NCBI GenBank assembly: GCA_021785355.1
Contig: JAJYFR010000001.1
Location: forward strand, 66,976 to 130,975
DNA: 64,000 bases
Source of the DNA: a bacterium
Lineage (GTDB): Bacteria > Patescibacteriota > Dojkabacteria > JAKAPS01 > JAJZLI01
Reading direction: 5' to 3'
The notes under the pieces are model-generated. The model worked only from the letters and a program-made list of their open reading frames with translations. It did not search any database and was not told the DNA's origin. Shown here one piece after another: positions 61,382 through 64,000 of this stretch (the first letter of the stretch is position 1; every line of letters begins with the position of its first letter). A program made the position numbers and the translations under genes.

Positions 61382-63577
61382 ATGATATATGCTTTATCTT
61401 TATTATTATTTGTATCTATAATATGTTTTTTTGTTGGTATATCTATACTTGTAAAAAGTAAAGATAATATTCTTTATAAGAGATTCTCCTTTTTAATAAT
61501 TAGTTCGAGTACTTGGGCATTATTTATTTTTTTGTTTTTTATAACAAAATTTAGCTATTCATTTGCTTACCTATATTATTTATCAGCAATATCAATATTG
61601 ATATTTATGATTAAGTTCACAAAAGGTTTCCCTTTTTATAAAAATGAAAATTCGATTATTGATCTTTTATTGTATTTATTATTGTTATTTTTTACAATAA
61701 TTCTTCCATTTAAAGAATTTAGTTTTATATATAATATAAATTATCCTTTATTCACACCCAACATACTTTATATAATATACAGTATTATTTTTATTCTGTT
61801 AGCTTTATATTCAATTTTAAATCTTGTGAATTCTTATAGATCTCTTGTAGGTATATATAAAATGCAAGCAAAATATATTCTAGGTTCTATACTGCCAGCT
61901 CTTTTTATAGGGTTAGTTTTTAATTTAGTATTACCTTTATTTCATAATTATTCTTTGATTATGTTAGGCCCTATTGGTTTATTAGTGTTTGTATTTCTTA
62001 TTTATATATCCATGTCAAAATATCAATTTTGGGGAGGTACATACTTATTTAATAAAATAGCGGAGTACTTTTTTTTAATTATATTGGCTTTTGGTTTATT
62101 TTATCTTTCTATTTTTATAGAAAGATATTTATTTGGAACAGTTTTTGGAATATATTCATACACATTAGGATTTTTTTTGGCTTTTTTATTTGTACTTCTT
62201 TTTAGTATTATTTCTAAAAAATTTGAAAAAGTAAAATTTAAAAATGAATTAATATTTGATCAATTAAAAGATTATTTATTAATTGAAATAGATGTATCAG
62301 ATATTATAAATAATATATCTGAAAAAATGAAAAAAGCTTTAGATGTAAAACTTATTGAAATCTTTTTCCAGAATAATTTTAGTTATAAAATTGATGGTTT
62401 AAACGAACTACTAGAAGAATATCATGGTGTTCTCTTTTTAGATGAAATATCTATTAATAAAAATTATAAAATTAATGATAATGTTCAGGTTATAATAAGG
62501 AAACTTTTGAAAGAAGATATATTAGTATTAATATCGAATAAAGATATTTCTCTTTTTATTCACAATAAATTAGATCTAAAACCTCTTAGTAAACAAGAAA
62601 AATATATGATAACAGATTTTTCTAGATACCTTTTTATTACTTTTCAAAAAATAGACCTCATTGTTAATCTAAAATCTAAAGTAGAAGAAGCTACAAAAGA
62701 ATTAGAGCATAATAATAAAGAATTGGAGAAGGTTAATGAAGATTTAAAAGGATTAGATCAATTAAAAGATGATTTAATTTCAATTTCTTCTCATGAACTT
62801 AGAACTCCCGCAAGTATAGTAAAAGGAAATATTTATATGGCTCAAAGTGCTATAAATGAATATATAAAAAAACTACCTTTATCAAAGAAAAATAATGAAT
62901 ATTTAGAAAAATTAAAGAGATATATTCAAAGAAGTATTGAAAGTATTGAAAATGAAATTAGAATTATTAATACACTTCTTGAAGCTTCAAGGATGGGTAG
63001 ATCAGATGTCCCTATACTCCCAGAAAATTTAGATTTATCTTCAATGATTGAGTCACAAGTAGATGGCTTTTCTAAAGAAGCTAATAATAAAGGTTTGAAA
63101 ATAGTATATATAAAAACAAATATAGATAGAGTCTTTGGAGATAGATCAAAAGTAGAAGAAATTATTGGGAATTTAATATCAAATTCTATAAAATACTCAG
63201 AAAGGGGTGTAATAAAAATTTTCACTACACAGGATAAAAATTTTGTTACAGTAAATATTAAAGATCAAGGTGTAGGAATTCCAGAAAAAGAAATTCCTAA
63301 TTTATTCCAAAAATTTCATAGACTTAATAATTATATAGGAAATCCTAATGATCCAAAAGACACGAAACATCTTTTAGTAAGACCAGGTGGAACAGGATTA
63401 GGTCTTTATGTTGTCAAAGGATTAGTTCAAAGAATGGGTGGAGATATTTGGATTAATAGTACAGTAGGAAAAGGATCAACTTTTTCTTTTACTATTCCTG
63501 TATCAAAGAATGTAGATACATATAAATCAAATAAGTTTGAAACTCAAGATATTTTTAAAAAAATGAACCTTAAATAA
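61382..63577 (+). CDS. Membrane sensor histidine kinase
   Basis: About 7 N-terminal TMs. H-box SHELRTP. N/G boxes (GGTGLGLYVVKGLVQRMGG). Confidence 0.8.
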   Translation: MIYALSLLLFVSIICFFVGISILVKSKDNILYKRFSFLIISSSTWALFIFLFFITKFSYSFAYLYYLSAISILIFMIKFTKGFPFYKNENSIIDLLLYLLLLFFTIILPFKEFSFIYNINYPLFTPNILYIIYSIIFILLALYSILNLVNSYRSLVGIYKMQAKYILGSILPALFIGLVFNLVLPLFHNYSLIMLGPIGLLVFVFLIYISMSKYQFWGGTYLFNKIAEYFFLIILAFGLFYLSIFIERYLFGTVFGIYSYTLGFFLAFLFVLLFSIISKKFEKVKFKNELIFDQLKDYLLIEIDVSDIINNISEKMKKALDVKLIEIFFQNNFSYKIDGLNELLEEYHGVLFLDEISINKNYKINDNVQVIIRKLLKEDILVLISNKDISLFIHNKLDLKPLSKQEKYMITDFSRYLFITFQKIDLIVNLKSKVEEATKELEHNNKELEKVNEDLKGLDQLKDDLISISSHELRTPASIVKGNIYMAQSAINEYIKKLPLSKKNNEYLEKLKRYIQRSIESIENEIRIINTLLEASRMGRSDVPILPENLDLSSMIESQVDGFSKEANNKGLKIVYIKTNIDRVFGDRSKVEEIIGNLISNSIKYSERGVIKIFTTQDKNFVTVNIKDQGVGIPEKEIPNLFQKFHRLNNYIGNPNDPKDTKHLLVRPGGTGLGLYVVKGLVQRMGGDIWINSTVGKGSTFSFTIPVSKNVDTYKSNKFETQDIFKKMNLK

Positions 63578-63684
63578 AAAAAATATTTATAATTTAATGT
63601 TATTTTCTTTTATTCTATATATATAGTTAATAAAATTTTAGTTTTATGTTATTATATTAATATATATTTTAGTATTTTTTTATC

Positions 63685-63990
63685 ATGGCAAATCCTTTTT
63701 CACAAGCAAAAGATTTATATAAATTACAAAGTGAGGCTCGAAAATTACAAAAAGATTTGGAGTCAAAAATCTTTATAGGAGAATCAAAAAAATCTTTAGT
63801 AAAAATATCTTTAAATGGTACAGGGGAAATTATTAACATAGAAATGGATGATTTATTATTCGACAAAGATAGAAAATCAGATTTCATAGAACATATAAAA
63901 GATGCGTATAAAGATGCTCAGAAAAAAATAGCTAAAGATATGTCTAAAGATATGGATTTATCTAAACTTAAAAGTATGATGGGTATGTAA
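63685..63990 (+). CDS. ybaB: Nucleoid-associated protein YbaB/EbfC
   Basis: 101 aa. Q/K-rich N-terminus. Typically follows dnaX. Confidence 0.75.
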   Translation: MANPFSQAKDLYKLQSEARKLQKDLESKIFIGESKKSLVKISLNGTGEIINIEMDDLLFDKDRKSDFIEHIKDAYKDAQKKIAKDMSKDMDLSKLKSMMGM

Positions 63991-64000
63991 TTGAAGCTTA

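Overview
By eye this is a very AT-rich (well under 35% GC; not computed), gene-dense, streamlined bacterial window. It uses the standard genetic code: long ORFs are intact and TGA serves as a stop in several ATGA start/stop overlaps. Promoters look sigma70-like (TTGACA-17-TATAAT variants). The gene content suggests a reduced-genome bacterium, plausibly CPR/Patescibacteria-like (inference, not database-verified). That content includes an ATP-dependent DNA ligase, a T4SS-like pilin pair and ATPase, and absence of pyrH/uppS/cdsA in otherwise conserved neighbourhoods.

The right three quarters is core genome:
- a complete rrn operon (16S, tRNA-Ile, tRNA-Ala, 23S, 5S) with rpsA abutting the 5S gene;
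- clpC, then rplJ-rplL behind a structured leader;
- the classic minus-strand cluster tRNA-Thr, tRNA-Tyr, tRNA-Thr, rpmG, tRNA-Trp, secE, nusG, rplK, rplA, followed by rho;
- priA, then mreB-mreC-mreD-mrdA(PBP2), then topA;
- rpsB-tsf-frr-rseP, HIT, rpsU, yqeY, ybeY, pth, mfd, trpS, hisS, dnaX, a methyltransferase, a histidine kinase and ybaB.

The left ~13 kb looks accessory:
- two paralogous VirB2/TrbC-like pilin genes;
- a translationally coupled operon encoding an Mre11/SbcD nuclease, a Rad50/SbcC-like ATPase whose coiled-coil apex carries a transmembrane hairpin instead of a zinc hook, and a secreted coiled-coil SpoIID/LytB-domain protein;
- a PP2C-like membrane protein, a beta-propeller-like protein, smpB, and a membrane-anchored VirD4/VirB4-like conjugation-type ATPase;
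- a tRNA-Ile(UAU) gene immediately followed by a tyrosine recombinase.

The SbcD/SbcC(TM)/SpoIID-like operon is the most likely candidate for an undescribed envelope-associated DNA-processing system. All calls rest on motif reading by eye; no searches were run.
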